Shown here in pieces: positions 7,338 to 17,253 of a stretch of DNA of 63,575 nt. The DNA is from Acidobacteriota bacterium. GTDB lineage: Bacteria > Acidobacteriota > Polarisedimenticolia > J045. Every line of letters begins with the position of its first letter. Within the stretch, counting starts at the first letter, position 1. The notes beneath the pieces were generated by a model. It was not told the DNA's origin. It was given only the letters and a program-made list of their open reading frames with translations, and made no database searches. The stretch lies in contig JALUUK010000112.1 in NCBI GenBank assembly GCA_027021395.1, positions 1 through 63,575 on the forward strand, in the 5' to 3' direction. The position numbers and the translations under genes were made by a program.

Positions 7338-8099
7338 TATGGGTGCAAGTAAGTTTAGGTGATAAATAGCTTTGGTGGTGAGGATGGCAGGTTTTGTGGG
7401 TGTGTTTGCTTTGATGAGGGTATCTTCGTCTGGCATGAGTCGTTTGTCGAATTCTTGCGGGAATCGGACGTTGAGGATGCGGTATGCTTTTTCGTGGAGG
7501 TAGGCGCTTTTGACGGTTTTGATGGTTGTGATTTTGGGGTGGAGTTTGAGTTCGGCGATTTTGCGGAAGGACATTTTTTGTTGGTCTCGGAGTGTGACGA
7601 CTTGGTGCATAGCGTTTCGGAGTTCGGCATCCCACTTGAGTCCTTTTGCGGTTTTGACGGCGGCGAAGGGGACGGGTTTGACGGATGGGAAGTTGCGGTT
7701 TTTTCCTGCGAGGCCGTCGAGCCATGCTTTGAGCGGATCGGAGGGTTCTCCTCTTGTGATGCTGCACTGGCACCAGCAGAACTGGATGGTGAAGTCGATT
7801 GATTCGAATTGACGTATGTCTTTAGGTGCGTTGATGATAACGCGGGGATGTGTGACGTAGAGCACGTCTTTGGGTTCGAGTCGGTCTACGAGTTTCGAGA
7901 ATATTCTTCTGAGGCGTGCTGGTTTTTTCCAGGCGTTGTCTTGTATTTCGGAGAAGTCGCCTAGCCAGAAGCCTTTGAGCAGTGCGTTCCTTCGGTTGTG
8001 TCGGTGTTGTTCGACGATGGAAGGGAACGCCCTGACGGGGCAGGCGTACGACATTTCGCACGGCATGGCGATGGCTTCGTGCCAGTCGAAGTCATTCAT
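7332..8099 (-). CDS. hypothetical protein (255 aa) with C-terminal HTH-like segment
   Basis: ATG 8099 overlaps the upstream stop by 8 nt. Contains ..QQKMSFRKIAELKLHPKTIK.. as a helix-turn-helix-like stretch. No recombinase motifs. The coding strand is AC-rich and the GC content is lower than the rest of the genome. Confidence 0.55.
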   Translation of the reverse strand: MNDFDWHEAIAMPCEMSYACPVRAFPSIVEQHRHNRRNALLKGFWLGDFSEIQDNAWKKPARLRRIFSKLVDRLEPKDVLYVTHPRVIINAPKDIRQFESIDFTIQFCWCQCSITRGEPSDPLKAWLDGLAGKNRNFPSVKPVPFAAVKTAKGLKWDAELRNAMHQVVTLRDQQKMSFRKIAELKLHPKITTIKTVKSAYLHEKAYRILNVRFPQEFDKRLMPDEDTLIKANTPTKPAILTTKAIYHLNLLAPIT

Positions 8100-8295
8100 T
8101 GAGTTCTCTCTTGAACTGTTCGATGTCTGACTTTGCGATGACGACGTACATGCCTTCTCTCTGTGCTTTGAGTCGGACGGTCTTTCCCGACTTGCTTTTG
8201 ATCCCTTTTGAGATCCACCTTCTGAGCGTATCGGTGGATGGGGTCCAGGTGAACAGGTGCCTTGCCTGCGTGATCAAGAGTTTTTCGTCATCCAT
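8092..8295 (-). CDS. small DNA-binding protein (excisionase / AlpA / DUF1580-like HTH)
   Basis: 67 aa from ATAG-free ATG 8295, with AAGGAG 8 nt upstream. ..TDTLRRWISKGIKSKSGKTVRLKAQREGMYVVIAKSDIEQF fits the winged-helix excisionase-type pattern. Confidence 0.45.
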   Translation of the reverse strand: MDDEKLLITQARHLFTWTPSTDTLRRWISKGIKSKSGKTVRLKAQREGMYVVIAKSDIEQFKRELNE

Positions 8296-8423
8296 GCGGT
8301 ATCTCCTTGTAGTTGACGGCATTTGCACAATCTTACCACACATTGCACGCGCTTGTCTATGCATGAAATCACTTGCATATAGCACAATGCTGGCAGGAAC
8401 CATCTTTTCGAAGGAGACGCATT
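8296..8423. promoter_or_regulatory. Divergent intergenic control region between the two arms
   Basis: 128-bp gap between divergent genes. Inverted repeat tatgca (8358-8363) / tgcata (8374-8379). Weak sigma70-like hexamers: minus strand TAGACA-18-TAAGAT, plus strand TTGTCT-19-TATAGC. Confidence 0.35.
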
Positions 8424-9497
8424 ATGCCCGCAACTGAACAACAGACGGGGCTGGATCAACTGTTTTCTGACTTGGTGAAAGACGAGCCTGCGCAGGGCGA
8501 TGAGTCGGTGAAACCGGAGGATTCTCCCCAGGATCAGGGTCAGCAGGAGGGTCAGGTATCGCAGGAGCAGGTGGACGAGGCGCTTGCGGCTGCAAAGGAT
8601 CTCGGGATCGACACGTCGGCGTTTCAGAGTTCGGCGGAGCTGGTCAAGGCGATGCACGAGCGGCTGAACTCATTGCAGCAGGAGCGCGAGCAGCTTTCTA
8701 GGTATGCCGAGATTGGCAAGCAATTTGCCCCTCACCAGGACAAGCTGCAAGAGCTTCTGGCGAAGCAGGAGCCTGAGAAGGCGAAAGAGGACACGGGCGA
8801 GTGGGACGAGGAGAAGTACTGGGAAGGGGTCTGGAAGGCGCCGAAGTGGGACAGCTCGTGGGATCAGTTGATCCGGGCGGGAATCCTGCAAGAGGGCGAG
8901 GGCGGGCTGGTCAAGGCGGTCGATCCGCGTTTCGAGCCCGAGGCGTCCCAGGTCAACAAGTACCTCATGTCCTTGAGGCAGTTCGAGCAGCAGCGGCTGG
9001 CGTCCAACCCGTACAAGGATACGTGGGAGAAGCTGAGCCCTGTGATCGAACGCACGGTGGAGCAGAAGCTGAACCAGCTTCGCGCGGAGATCGAGAGCCA
9101 GCTTGCGGTCGAGAAGACGTTCGACCGGTACAGGAACGAGCTGGTCGATCATCTGTGGCAGCGCGACCCGGTGACTGGCGAGTACAAGGAATCTGAGTAC
9201 GGGCAGCGGTTCTTCGCGTACATCGACAAGCTGGAGAAGATGGGGATCAATGCGCCGGAGGACGCGATGATCCAGCTTGCGTTGGACGCGGTGGGGCGCC
9301 CGGACAAGCCGGCGGAAGCGACGCCGGAGGAGAAGAGCGAGCAGAAAAAGCAGTCGTTCTTGGACGGGGCGAAGAAGCGGTCGGGGCACACGCCGCAGGT
9401 GAGTGAACCCGCGATCGCAGGAAAGGAGCCATCAAGCGAAGCGGAATTGGCGCACTTCATCGAAACGGACCTCACGGAACGGCTTGGATTGAAATGA
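8424..9497 (+). CDS. scaffolding-like protein (acidic coiled coil)
   Basis: 357 aa from ATG 8424 (GAAGGAG at 8410-8416). Rich in Glu, Gln and Lys and predicted helical. Lies immediately upstream of the capsid gene. Confidence 0.45.
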   Translation: MPATEQQTGLDQLFSDLVKDEPAQGDESVKPEDSPQDQGQQEGQVSQEQVDEALAAAKDLGIDTSAFQSSAELVKAMHERLNSLQQEREQLSRYAEIGKQFAPHQDKLQELLAKQEPEKAKEDTGEWDEEKYWEGVWKAPKWDSSWDQLIRAGILQEGEGGLVKAVDPRFEPEASQVNKYLMSLRQFEQQRLASNPYKDTWEKLSPVIERTVEQKLNQLRAEIESQLAVEKTFDRYRNELVDHLWQRDPVTGEYKESEYGQRFFAYIDKLEKMGINAPEDAMIQLALDAVGRPDKPAEATPEEKSEQKKQSFLDGAKKRSGHTPQVSEPAIAGKEPSSEAELAHFIETDLTERLGLK

Positions 9498-9552
9498 CCA
9501 CGTTATGAAATGCGCGGGCAAACAATGACCGGCGTGAAGTAGGAATCTAGCA

Positions 9553-10695
9553 ATGGCTGACATCCCTCTCCATATCACAGACCTGGCGAAAGAGCTTCAG
9601 GTCACGACGATCCCGAAGTGGTTGAAGAAGGTCGAAGACCAGACCCTGCGTGGAAGCTATTTCTTCAATCGGCTTCTTCAGGGTGGTCGCGTTTTGAAGG
9701 GCGAATCCGGACCGGAGTTGATCTGGCCGCTCAAGGTCAGGAACCCCGAGGTTCGTCCGCTCCAGAACCACATGAATCTCGAATACGCGCCTACCGAGAA
9801 GCACATCCAGATGCGGCTTCCGTGGCGCGGATACGAGGCGACCGAATCCATGTCCATGTTGGACCAGGAGATCAACAAGGGGCCGCAGGCCATCGTGAAG
9901 CTGATCAACAGCAAGGCGAACGACCTGCGCAACGCCATGCAGCAGAACCTGCAAGGCGAATGCTACAAGTCCGGATCGACGGCCAACAGGACCGACCGGT
10001 TCCACGGGCTCGAAACGGGGCTCGCCGAGGGCACGGTCACATCGGCGGACCGCATTGCCGCACCGAACGGATCGTATGCTCAGCAGAGCACGGTCTTGCA
10101 GGCGAACGGCGGGTTCTGGTCGAACGACATGGGCACGCCCAACAACGTCTCGATCAGCACCGACTGGCCGGACGGCAGCGGCGATACCGACTACGACTGC
10201 AATTCGCCCATCCTGATCAACACGTCATCGACGAACTGGGGCACCGGTTCGACGGACCACCGCGTGAACCTGTTCCGCGCCATCTCCCAGGCGCAGATCT
10301 GGCTGAAGCTGCTTGGCAGCCAGAACGCGCCAAAGGGGTTGTGCGTGATCGACGGGTGGAGCTTCCAGGGTTTGCGAGAGAATCAGGAAGCGAAGATGCG
10401 TTTGCAGCAGCCCGCCAGGAGCAGCACGGACATCGGGCTGGTTGGTTCGGACGGTGCCGTCTACCTGGACGGGCTGGAGATCCAACCTGACTTCTGGTGC
10501 CCGCACTCGACGGGATACATCTTCTCGATGGACCGCGTTTCGCTGCACTCACTGTTCTCGGAGGGCGTCTTCCGGAGCAAGGGGCCGGTCGAGTTGGCGA
10601 CGATGGCGTTCAGCACGATCTGGGCGCTGTTCGTATACGGGAACATCCGTTTCCGTGGGATGAAAGGATTCGCGAAGCTCTATCCGTACGCATAA
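9553..10695 (+). CDS. major capsid protein (HK97-fold type)
   Basis: 380 aa, following the scaffold-like gene. Size and pattern (..RLPWRGYEATESMSMLDQEINKG..AIVKLINSKANDLRNAMQQNLQGECYKSG..) fit major capsid families. Recalled, not computed. Confidence 0.55.
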   Translation: MADIPLHITDLAKELQVTTIPKWLKKVEDQTLRGSYFFNRLLQGGRVLKGESGPELIWPLKVRNPEVRPLQNHMNLEYAPTEKHIQMRLPWRGYEATESMSMLDQEINKGPQAIVKLINSKANDLRNAMQQNLQGECYKSGSTANRTDRFHGLETGLAEGTVTSADRIAAPNGSYAQQSTVLQANGGFWSNDMGTPNNVSISTDWPDGSGDTDYDCNSPILINTSSTNWGTGSTDHRVNLFRAISQAQIWLKLLGSQNAPKGLCVIDGWSFQGLRENQEAKMRLQQPARSSTDIGLVGSDGAVYLDGLEIQPDFWCPHSTGYIFSMDRVSLHSLFSEGVFRSKGPVELATMAFSTIWALFVYGNIRFRGMKGFAKLYPYA

Positions 10696-10738
10696 GGGTG
10701 GGCTCATCTGAAAACAATCCCTGAAGGAGAGAAAAACG

Positions 10739-11305
10739 ATGGACGCGATTATGACAATGTTGCGGCAGGGGACGACCTACTTCCAGGGAGATGTCCCGAG
10801 CAGCAGCTACTGGGCAAACAGCACGTTCCTCGAGGGAACGGTGACCAAAGCGGCCGTCTTCGACGAGAAAACGGCTGCGGGTGTGCAGGGTCGCACCCGA
10901 AACTGGCAGCGGATCGTCATGGCGGTCAGAAACTCGGGCGCCACGACCTTGCAAGCCGGCGATGTCGTCAAGTGGACCACGCGGCACGCCCGCGTCACGA
11001 AGAACGACACCGACGACGGCGAGGTTGCTGGCATCGTCATCGACAACCTCAACTCGAACGGGTGCGTCCAGAACGACATCTGCCTGATCGTGCGTGAAGG
11101 ACCATGCTACGCCAACAAGAGCACGTCCGAATCGTTCAGCGCCGGCGATGTCGTGAAGGGCGACAACGGTGGCAAGGTGACGGCGATCGGCGCGCCTGCC
11201 GACGCGACCGCAGCGAGGAACCAGGCGATCAACAACGCCGGCAAGGTTCTTGCGGACGCCGCGGCGAGTGCAAGCCAGGTGCTCATCAACGTACGTGAGC
11301 GGTAA
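10739..11305 (+). CDS. capsid-associated / decoration-like protein (DUF2190-like beta modules)
   Basis: 188 aa directly after the capsid gene. Motifs GDVVKW..GEVAGIVID and AGDVVKGDNGGKVTAIG resemble head-decoration beta-barrel proteins. Confidence 0.3.
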   Translation: MDAIMTMLRQGTTYFQGDVPSSSYWANSTFLEGTVTKAAVFDEKTAAGVQGRTRNWQRIVMAVRNSGATTLQAGDVVKWTTRHARVTKNDTDDGEVAGIVIDNLNSNGCVQNDICLIVREGPCYANKSTSESFSAGDVVKGDNGGKVTAIGAPADATAARNQAINNAGKVLADAAASASQVLINVRER

Positions 11306-11307
11306 AT

Positions 11308-11712
11308 GTGGCGGTTACGGAACGATCACTCAAGGCGTGGTTCGGAGACCACTGGCTGCGCGGCATGCCTCCTCCCGTGCGCGAGTCGGTCGAAGGGTCG
11401 CTTGAGGCGATTCGTACCGCCGCATATGAGATATTGAGGAACACCCCAGCCGGTCCTGAGCAGAGCCGTGCGATCACACGGCTTCGGGACCAGTTGGACC
11501 TTGCGATGCTTGCCGCGTGGGAGCAGTATCTTCCAGCATGGCAGGACGCATGGTTTGGTGACCACTGGCTGCGCGGCTTCAAACCGGAAGATAAGTCGCG
11601 TGCAGAAGTCATCCTCCGTGCCGTGCAGAGGGGCGCCGAGTCGCTTGACGGCGACCGGCGCTCGCTGCGCGGTGCCTGGCTGGCTGCAATGCGTGCGTTG
11701 AGGTGTATCTAA
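11308..11712 (+). CDS. hypothetical protein with internal AWFGDHWLRG duplication
   Basis: 134 aa with a GTG start. The motif AWFGDHWLRG occurs twice (near 11335 and 11550). Confidence 0.45.
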   Translation: MAVTERSLKAWFGDHWLRGMPPPVRESVEGSLEAIRTAAYEILRNTPAGPEQSRAITRLRDQLDLAMLAAWEQYLPAWQDAWFGDHWLRGFKPEDKSRAEVILRAVQRGAESLDGDRRSLRGAWLAAMRALRCI

Positions 11713-12230
11713 TGGTCGATGTCGTCAAGTACGTCAAGCATCCAATCGACGAAACCAAGCTGATCGATTTGCTGAAGAGCCCAGCCGTTGACAGCGTGAC
11801 GGTCTACGTGATCAAGGACGTTCCAGAAGAGGATGAGCCTCCGAAAGCGCCGCCTATCATAGCCCGCAACGTGTCGGGGCATCCCGTGTACTTCCCGCTC
11901 GATGTCGATGTGGACGTGGATGCGATGCGAGAATTCTTCCGCGACGGCGCATTCGGTCGCATCGCCGTGCTCGAGCCTGCGAACGGTTACCTTGCAAAGG
12001 TTGCAGCAATCCTGACAGGCGGGGTCGTCTACGCCGTTACGGACGGGGAACTTGACGAACGCAACATGGAGGAGTTCGACATTCGGCATGTGAATGGCGA
12101 CGCGATGCATGTTGGCGAGATCATGGAACCGCAGGAGTTGGATGCCGTCGTGATCGGACCGAGCGAACGCCAGGACGCGCTGGAGGAGGTATGGCGGAAA
12201 CACACGCAGAAGATACTCAAGATGCAATGA
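11712..12230 (+). CDS. hypothetical protein
   Basis: ATG 11712 overlaps the upstream TAA (TAATG), with GAGG about 9 nt upstream. 172 aa, acidic. Confidence 0.5.
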   Translation: MVDVVKYVKHPIDETKLIDLLKSPAVDSVTVYVIKDVPEEDEPPKAPPIIARNVSGHPVYFPLDVDVDVDAMREFFRDGAFGRIAVLEPANGYLAKVAAILTGGVVYAVTDGELDERNMEEFDIRHVNGDAMHVGEIMEPQELDAVVIGPSERQDALEEVWRKHTQKILKMQ

Positions 12231-12766
12231 CGACGTGCTGCCCGTCGTGCGGCGAGCCGATGCGATACGACGAAGCCGTTGAGGGGCCGATCGGTTATCG
12301 GTGCAAGCTGTGCGATGAACGCGCGACCGAGAGCGACCGGAGAGACAAGGTTATGCGGTACATCCGCGACCTTGTTTCGGCGCAGGTCGATTCGTCGTTG
12401 TACGCACGCGAGACGGTGCCGAGCCTGTCGGACGTTTTGATTTCGGCATACGACGAGTTCGGCGGTCCGACGCAGCTTGGCGTGCAGTGGGCGAGGGTGA
12501 TCAAGACCATGATCGACGAGTGCCTTACGACCGGCGCGAGGGCGGATAAGGCGCACAAGGCGATACTCGACTTCGCCAAGATGGCACACCTGCACGAGGA
12601 GATCGAACATCCGGGCAACTACGAAGACATGACGCCGGAGGAGCTGGAGGAGCAGCGTAAGACCGCGTTATTGCACATGTTCGCCGACATGCTCAAGCGC
12701 GATACATCCGACAAACTGCTTGAAGCAGCGAGAGTACTTGCCGATGCTGAATGTCAACCCGGCTAA
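12191..12766 (+). CDS. terminase small subunit candidate (N-terminal zinc ribbon)
   Basis: 191 aa immediately upstream of, and overlapping, the large terminase gene. Contains CPSCG..x15..CKLC. Assigned by position only. Alternative start at 12227. Confidence 0.35.
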   Translation: MAETHAEDTQDAMTTCCPSCGEPMRYDEAVEGPIGYRCKLCDERATESDRRDKVMRYIRDLVSAQVDSSLYARETVPSLSDVLISAYDEFGGPTQLGVQWARVIKTMIDECLTTGARADKAHKAILDFAKMAHLHEEIEHPGNYEDMTPEELEEQRKTALLHMFADMLKRDTSDKLLEAARVLADAECQPG

Positions 12767-14525
12767 CGCGAAGGTCATCTACGACAAGACGACCCGGATG
12801 CTGTCGGTGGCGCAGCGCGAGTTCCTGCGCGTGTATCGTCCGTTCGGCGAGCAGGAGAAGGTGCATCGGTGCAAGGCGCGTGAAATACTGATCTACGGCG
12901 GAAAGCGTGCCGGCAAGAGCGTCTGCGCAACGGCAGAGTTCACCAGCCGGGTTTTGGGTCTGCCGATCGTGTTGCCGGACGGAAGCAAGATCGAGCCGAA
13001 GTTCCCTGTCTCATCTGTCGAGAACCCCTTGACGTATTGGATCATCGGGCTCGACATGCGCCACATCGGCAAGACGATCTACCGCCTGCTGTTCGCACGC
13101 GGCATGCGCAACAGCATCCGCGTCATCAGGGACAAGGAGACAGGGAAGTGGCGCATCTTCAATGTGAACAACCCGTCCGATGTAGAACGGTTCGATGAAA
13201 GCAGGCTCGCAGGTCCAGCGATCCCGCCGCGGTACATCGAGAAGGACAGCTTTGTGTGGGAGAGCGTCAAGGCTCGCGAGTTCAGATCATTGCGGCTGGT
13301 CAACGGTGCGATGATCTACGCATTCCCGTCCACTGGGGACCACCCTGGGATGGGCGACGCCGTGGACGGCATATGGATCAACGAGGACATCGCCAAGCCG
13401 GACCACCTCGCAGAATGGCAGGATCGCCTCATCGACCGCAACGGATGGCTGATCTGGGACGCCTACCCTCAGATGCACAACCACGCGATCGTGGAGATGC
13501 ACGACCGCGCAGAATCGCAGAAGGACGACCCGGACCCTGACATCGTTTCGTTCCAGCTCATCAGCACGGACAACCCGTTCGCGAGCAAAGAGGGGCGCGA
13601 ACGCGGGATCCGGCGCATGGGCGATGAGGAGGCGGTTGCACGCCGAAGCCGCGGCGACATGCTGCGCGGCAATTACCTCATGTACAGTTTCGTGCCGTCG
13701 ATGCACCTGCTGCGCAAGGGCGCGCAGTATGACGACGAGGACATCAAGAACAGGGTCAGGTACACGCTCGAATCGGTCTACACACAGAACGGTCGCATGC
13801 CAGAAGGCTGGGCGCGATACCTCGTGATCGACCCTAGTCACACGCGCACGGCGGTTTTGTCGGGCGTCATCCCGCCGCTCGAATATAACGGCGTGTCCAT
13901 CGGCAAGCGGTTGATCATCGAATGGGATTTCGTTGCGAAGCGGTTCACGCCGGATATGCTCGCGGAGGCGCTGCTGCCGCTCGTCAGGGGGTTTGAATAC
14001 ACGTCGTTCATCATCGACAAAAACCAGGGCAGGCAGCATACGGTCGGTTCTGACGGTCGTGCGGTGGTGCAGGTGTACGCGGACGCATTCAGCCGGTTTG
14101 GGATCATAAGCCGCCGGACCCGCAGCGGGTTCGAATACGGCACGAACGACACGGCATATCGGCGCAACGTGGTTCGTGAGATGCTTTCGGCGGTAGACGG
14201 CGGTGTCCCGATGCTCCTGTTTTGCGACCAGGCGACATATGAGACGCAACGCGAGTTCAACCGGTACGTGAAGAAGATCCTCAAGGTGAACGGTGTGGAC
14301 GAGGTTATTGACGAGCCATCGAACCCACGAACATGCGACTGCATGCAGGCGTTGGAATACCTTTGCGCACACGTGAAGCCGGAGATCGAGACGGGCGATG
14401 TGTACCGCCATGATTCGGCGCATGAAGCGACGCTTCCGCCTTGGGTGCAGAAGTTTTTGGACGAAACGGACCCGAACAAGCACAAGCGCGGCTCGATCCA
14501 TTTGGGTCCTGGTTTAGCAACGTAA
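12744..14525 (+). CDS. terL: terminase large subunit
   Basis: 593 aa. Walker A ILIYGGKRAGKS, Walker B-like DGIWINED, C-terminal RNaseH-like nuclease acidic motifs (YLVIDPS, FIIDKNQG). Confidence 0.85.
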   Translation: MLNVNPANAKVIYDKTTRMLSVAQREFLRVYRPFGEQEKVHRCKAREILIYGGKRAGKSVCATAEFTSRVLGLPIVLPDGSKIEPKFPVSSVENPLTYWIIGLDMRHIGKTIYRLLFARGMRNSIRVIRDKETGKWRIFNVNNPSDVERFDESRLAGPAIPPRYIEKDSFVWESVKAREFRSLRLVNGAMIYAFPSTGDHPGMGDAVDGIWINEDIAKPDHLAEWQDRLIDRNGWLIWDAYPQMHNHAIVEMHDRAESQKDDPDPDIVSFQLISTDNPFASKEGRERGIRRMGDEEAVARRSRGDMLRGNYLMYSFVPSMHLLRKGAQYDDEDIKNRVRYTLESVYTQNGRMPEGWARYLVIDPSHTRTAVLSGVIPPLEYNGVSIGKRLIIEWDFVAKRFTPDMLAEALLPLVRGFEYTSFIIDKNQGRQHTVGSDGRAVVQVYADAFSRFGIISRRTRSGFEYGTNDTAYRRNVVREMLSAVDGGVPMLLFCDQATYETQREFNRYVKKILKVNGVDEVIDEPSNPRTCDCMQALEYLCAHVKPEIETGDVYRHDSAHEATLPPWVQKFLDETDPNKHKRGSIHLGPGLAT

Positions 14526-14556
14526 CCCCTCAACTGAACATCAGTAGGAGACAGAC

Positions 14557-15027
14557 ATGGCAGAGACCAAAGAATTGTCAGACATTTGTCAGCAAGTGCT
14601 TGCCCGCATTGACAACGAGCGCAAGAACCCGCTGCCCACGCCCCCGAAGGGCACGATCGTCGGCTGGATCGACCGCCCGCAGCGGTACAAGCAGCGCGGC
14701 GGCTTGGTGGGCATCGTCACATCGCGCATCGCGCCTGGGCGCGTCAACGTCGAGATTTTCGGCGAGGGGCAGAAGATGGTCCGCAGCGGCGCCGTGTATA
14801 TCGGGCACCCGGAGTTGATCAACCGTGCGAACACGGTGATGAGCAGCGGCGGGTGCTGGTACTACCTCGAGGTCGAGGACAACCCGAAGTTCAAGCCGCC
14901 GAAGAGCGATTACGAATGGCACCTGCAAATGCTTGACAAGCAGGAGGAGCGTGCGCTCGAGGACGAGAAGCTGCGTCAGCAGCAGGAGGAAGAGCGTAAG
15001 CTGCTCGAATCGCAGCAAAGGGTGTAA
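14557..15027 (+). CDS. hypothetical protein
   Basis: 156 aa between terL and portal. C-terminal charged coiled coil. Confidence 0.5.
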   Translation: MAETKELSDICQQVLARIDNERKNPLPTPPKGTIVGWIDRPQRYKQRGGLVGIVTSRIAPGRVNVEIFGEGQKMVRSGAVYIGHPELINRANTVMSSGGCWYYLEVEDNPKFKPPKSDYEWHLQMLDKQEERALEDEKLRQQQEEERKLLESQQRV

Positions 15028-15030
15028 CCT

Positions 15031-17250
15031 ATGGATTGGACGGATACCGAGTTCCTGAGACCGTTGGTGTCGGCATGGCTCGGCAAGATCGAAACCGCGT
15101 ACAAGAACGAGCACCGGAGGCACTTCGTGGACGTCGCCGAGGAGTGCAAGATGTTCTACGCGCGGTCATGCGCTGCGCTGTGGAACTCGAAGTGGTCGTC
15201 CAAGTTCCTGAACAACGTCATTGAGCGCCCGCGGTTCCCCATCTCCGTCAACAAGGCATTCGAGCTTGTCGCCGTCATCGGACCGAACGTGCTATGGGAC
15301 ATCCCGTACCGCAAGGTCATGCCGAAGCAGCGATTGGCGATCGATGACGATACGCTCGAACAGCTCATGCGCAACCCGGAAATCGCCCAGGAACTCCAGA
15401 TTCGCATGCAGTTCGACCAGTACAACGTGGCGACGGCGAACGTCGTCGCCGATCTGTTGGAGAAGTGGTTGAACTACACGTCCAGGGAGATGCCCGGCGG
15501 CGGGATGACGCAGCATTCGCAGACGATGGCGATCGACGCCATGCTGACCGGACGCGGTGTGCGGTTCGTCAAGACCTATCAGTACCCAGGATCCGACCGG
15601 AGCATCGTCGGATCGTTTCGTGAGGATCCGCTTGATCTGCTGATCGATCCCGATGTCAAGGACATCAACAATGCCAAGTGGATCATGCTCAAGCACCGCG
15701 AACCGTACTGGGAGGTCGAGGAGCGGTTTCAGTTGCCGAGCGGTTCGCTCAAGGACAAGGCGAGTTTGGAATCGACCTGGAGCTATTCCGAGAGCGTATT
15801 CGGCAACAGCGATTCCACCGCCCAGCCGCGGCTTGAGGAAGAGCGCGACATCGTGGTGTGGTGCGAGATCTGGTCCAAGATGGGACCCGGCTCGAAGATG
15901 GTCCGCCACATGGATGCCGGGTTGCGTGATCATCTTGAGCGTGTGGTCGGCGACTACGCCTACATTGCGATTGCAGCGAACGTTCCGTGGCCGTTGAATT
16001 GCCCGTCGGATAAGATGCGGCGCGGCATGACGGACGACGAGGTGCGGCAGTGCTTCTCGTGGCCAACGCCGCTTTGGGCTGATGACCGATGGCCATGCGA
16101 GGTGTGCGACTTCTACCCGAACCCGGATTCTCCGTACCCTGTGGCTCCGCTCGAGCCGGGCATGGGATATTTGAAGTTCCTGAACCTGATGCTCCCGTTC
16201 CTGGCGCAGCGCACATGGTCTGCGAGCCGTGACTTTTGGGCGGTGTTGGGCTCGCACATGGAGCGGTACGAGAAGTACATCAACAACGGCAAGGACCAGT
16301 GCGTCATACCGGTTGATCCGACGAGCGATGATGTTCGCAAGGCGATCACCATTCTACAGCAGCCTCCGGTGAACATCGACGCTTGGAAGATCACGGACGT
16401 TATGGCCGAATGGTTCGAGCGTGCGACGGGCTTGAGTGCGTTTCAGTACGGCATGAAGGCCGGCGATTCGAACGACCGGTCGGCCACCGAGACGCAGGCT
16501 CGTGCGCGTGCTGCCGGCGTTCGGCCGCAATACATGCAGAAGCGCATCGCCGAGACGGAGGGGCGGATAGCAGCGACCGAGGCGTTCCTGAGCAGGTGGT
16601 TCATCGACGGCAGGGATGTCGAGCCACTTGGCGGATCGACGTTCCGGTACCTCTGGGAGAAGTTCGTGATGAGCGCCGAGGTGGAGATGGTGGTACGTCA
16701 GATGTCCTACACCATTTCCGCCAGCAGTTTGCAGCGTCCCGACCGCGAGCGGGACATGATGATTTGGGACCGGATGATCCAGGTGCTTGGTCCGCAATAC
16801 TTCCAGTATGCGTTGGCGACCGGCGAGTTCAAGGGTTGGAATACGCTCGTCGAGGCATGGGCTGAGAACCTGGACGCCGCCCGCGACAGGATCGACGGTC
16901 TGATGCTCGATCGTCCGGAACCGAGCCCTGAGGCGCAACAGGCTCAGCAGCAGCAGGCGCAGCTTGAGCAGCAGAAGATGCAGATGGAGCTTGCCTCCAA
17001 GCAGATGGACTTGCAGGGCAAGCAGCTTGAGGTCCAGGGCAAGCAGGCGGCGATTCAGGGCGAGGTTGCGAAGACGCTGCTGGAGCAGCGGGTTGCTGCG
17101 ACGGAGGCTGCGGCGGAACAGAGGAAGGCGGAAATCGAAATCGCCAAGGCGAGCGCAGCCTTGGATGCGGCATCGCGCAAGCACGCGATTGACTTACTAT
17201 CGAAGCAGGCGTCGGCGAAGATCGACATAGCCAAGAAGCTAGTGGGGTGA
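15031..17250 (+). CDS. portal protein
   Basis: 739 aa, directly after the terminase module. Long C-terminal Q/A/E coiled coil (AQQAQQQQAQLEQQKMQMELASKQ..). Size and position are typical of portals. Confidence 0.7.
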   Translation: MDWTDTEFLRPLVSAWLGKIETAYKNEHRRHFVDVAEECKMFYARSCAALWNSKWSSKFLNNVIERPRFPISVNKAFELVAVIGPNVLWDIPYRKVMPKQRLAIDDDTLEQLMRNPEIAQELQIRMQFDQYNVATANVVADLLEKWLNYTSREMPGGGMTQHSQTMAIDAMLTGRGVRFVKTYQYPGSDRSIVGSFREDPLDLLIDPDVKDINNAKWIMLKHREPYWEVEERFQLPSGSLKDKASLESTWSYSESVFGNSDSTAQPRLEEERDIVVWCEIWSKMGPGSKMVRHMDAGLRDHLERVVGDYAYIAIAANVPWPLNCPSDKMRRGMTDDEVRQCFSWPTPLWADDRWPCEVCDFYPNPDSPYPVAPLEPGMGYLKFLNLMLPFLAQRTWSASRDFWAVLGSHMERYEKYINNGKDQCVIPVDPTSDDVRKAITILQQPPVNIDAWKITDVMAEWFERATGLSAFQYGMKAGDSNDRSATETQARARAAGVRPQYMQKRIAETEGRIAATEAFLSRWFIDGRDVEPLGGSTFRYLWEKFVMSAEVEMVVRQMSYTISASSLQRPDRERDMMIWDRMIQVLGPQYFQYALATGEFKGWNTLVEAWAENLDAARDRIDGLMLDRPEPSPEAQQAQQQQAQLEQQKMQMELASKQMDLQGKQLEVQGKQAAIQGEVAKTLLEQRVAATEAAAEQRKAEIEIAKASAALDAASRKHAIDLLSKQASAKIDIAKKLVG

Positions 17251-17253
17251 GAC

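Noticed and set aside
7359-7802. 147-aa + strand ORF (Gly/Phe/Asp/Glu/Val-rich) opposite 7332..8099.
   Set aside because: It is a by-product of the extreme GT skew. The minus-strand ORF is longer and is translationally coupled to the upstream HTH gene.
13287-14501. 404-aa minus-strand ORF inside the terminase gene. Similar long antisense or overlapping ORFs: 15292..16257, 17055..18140, 21918..22790, 24319..25371, 33584..35170, 35789..36859 and 8670..9389.
   Set aside because: Their products are Arg/His/Leu/Pro-rich and they lie opposite genes with clear motifs. These are typical shadow ORFs of a ~60% GC genome.
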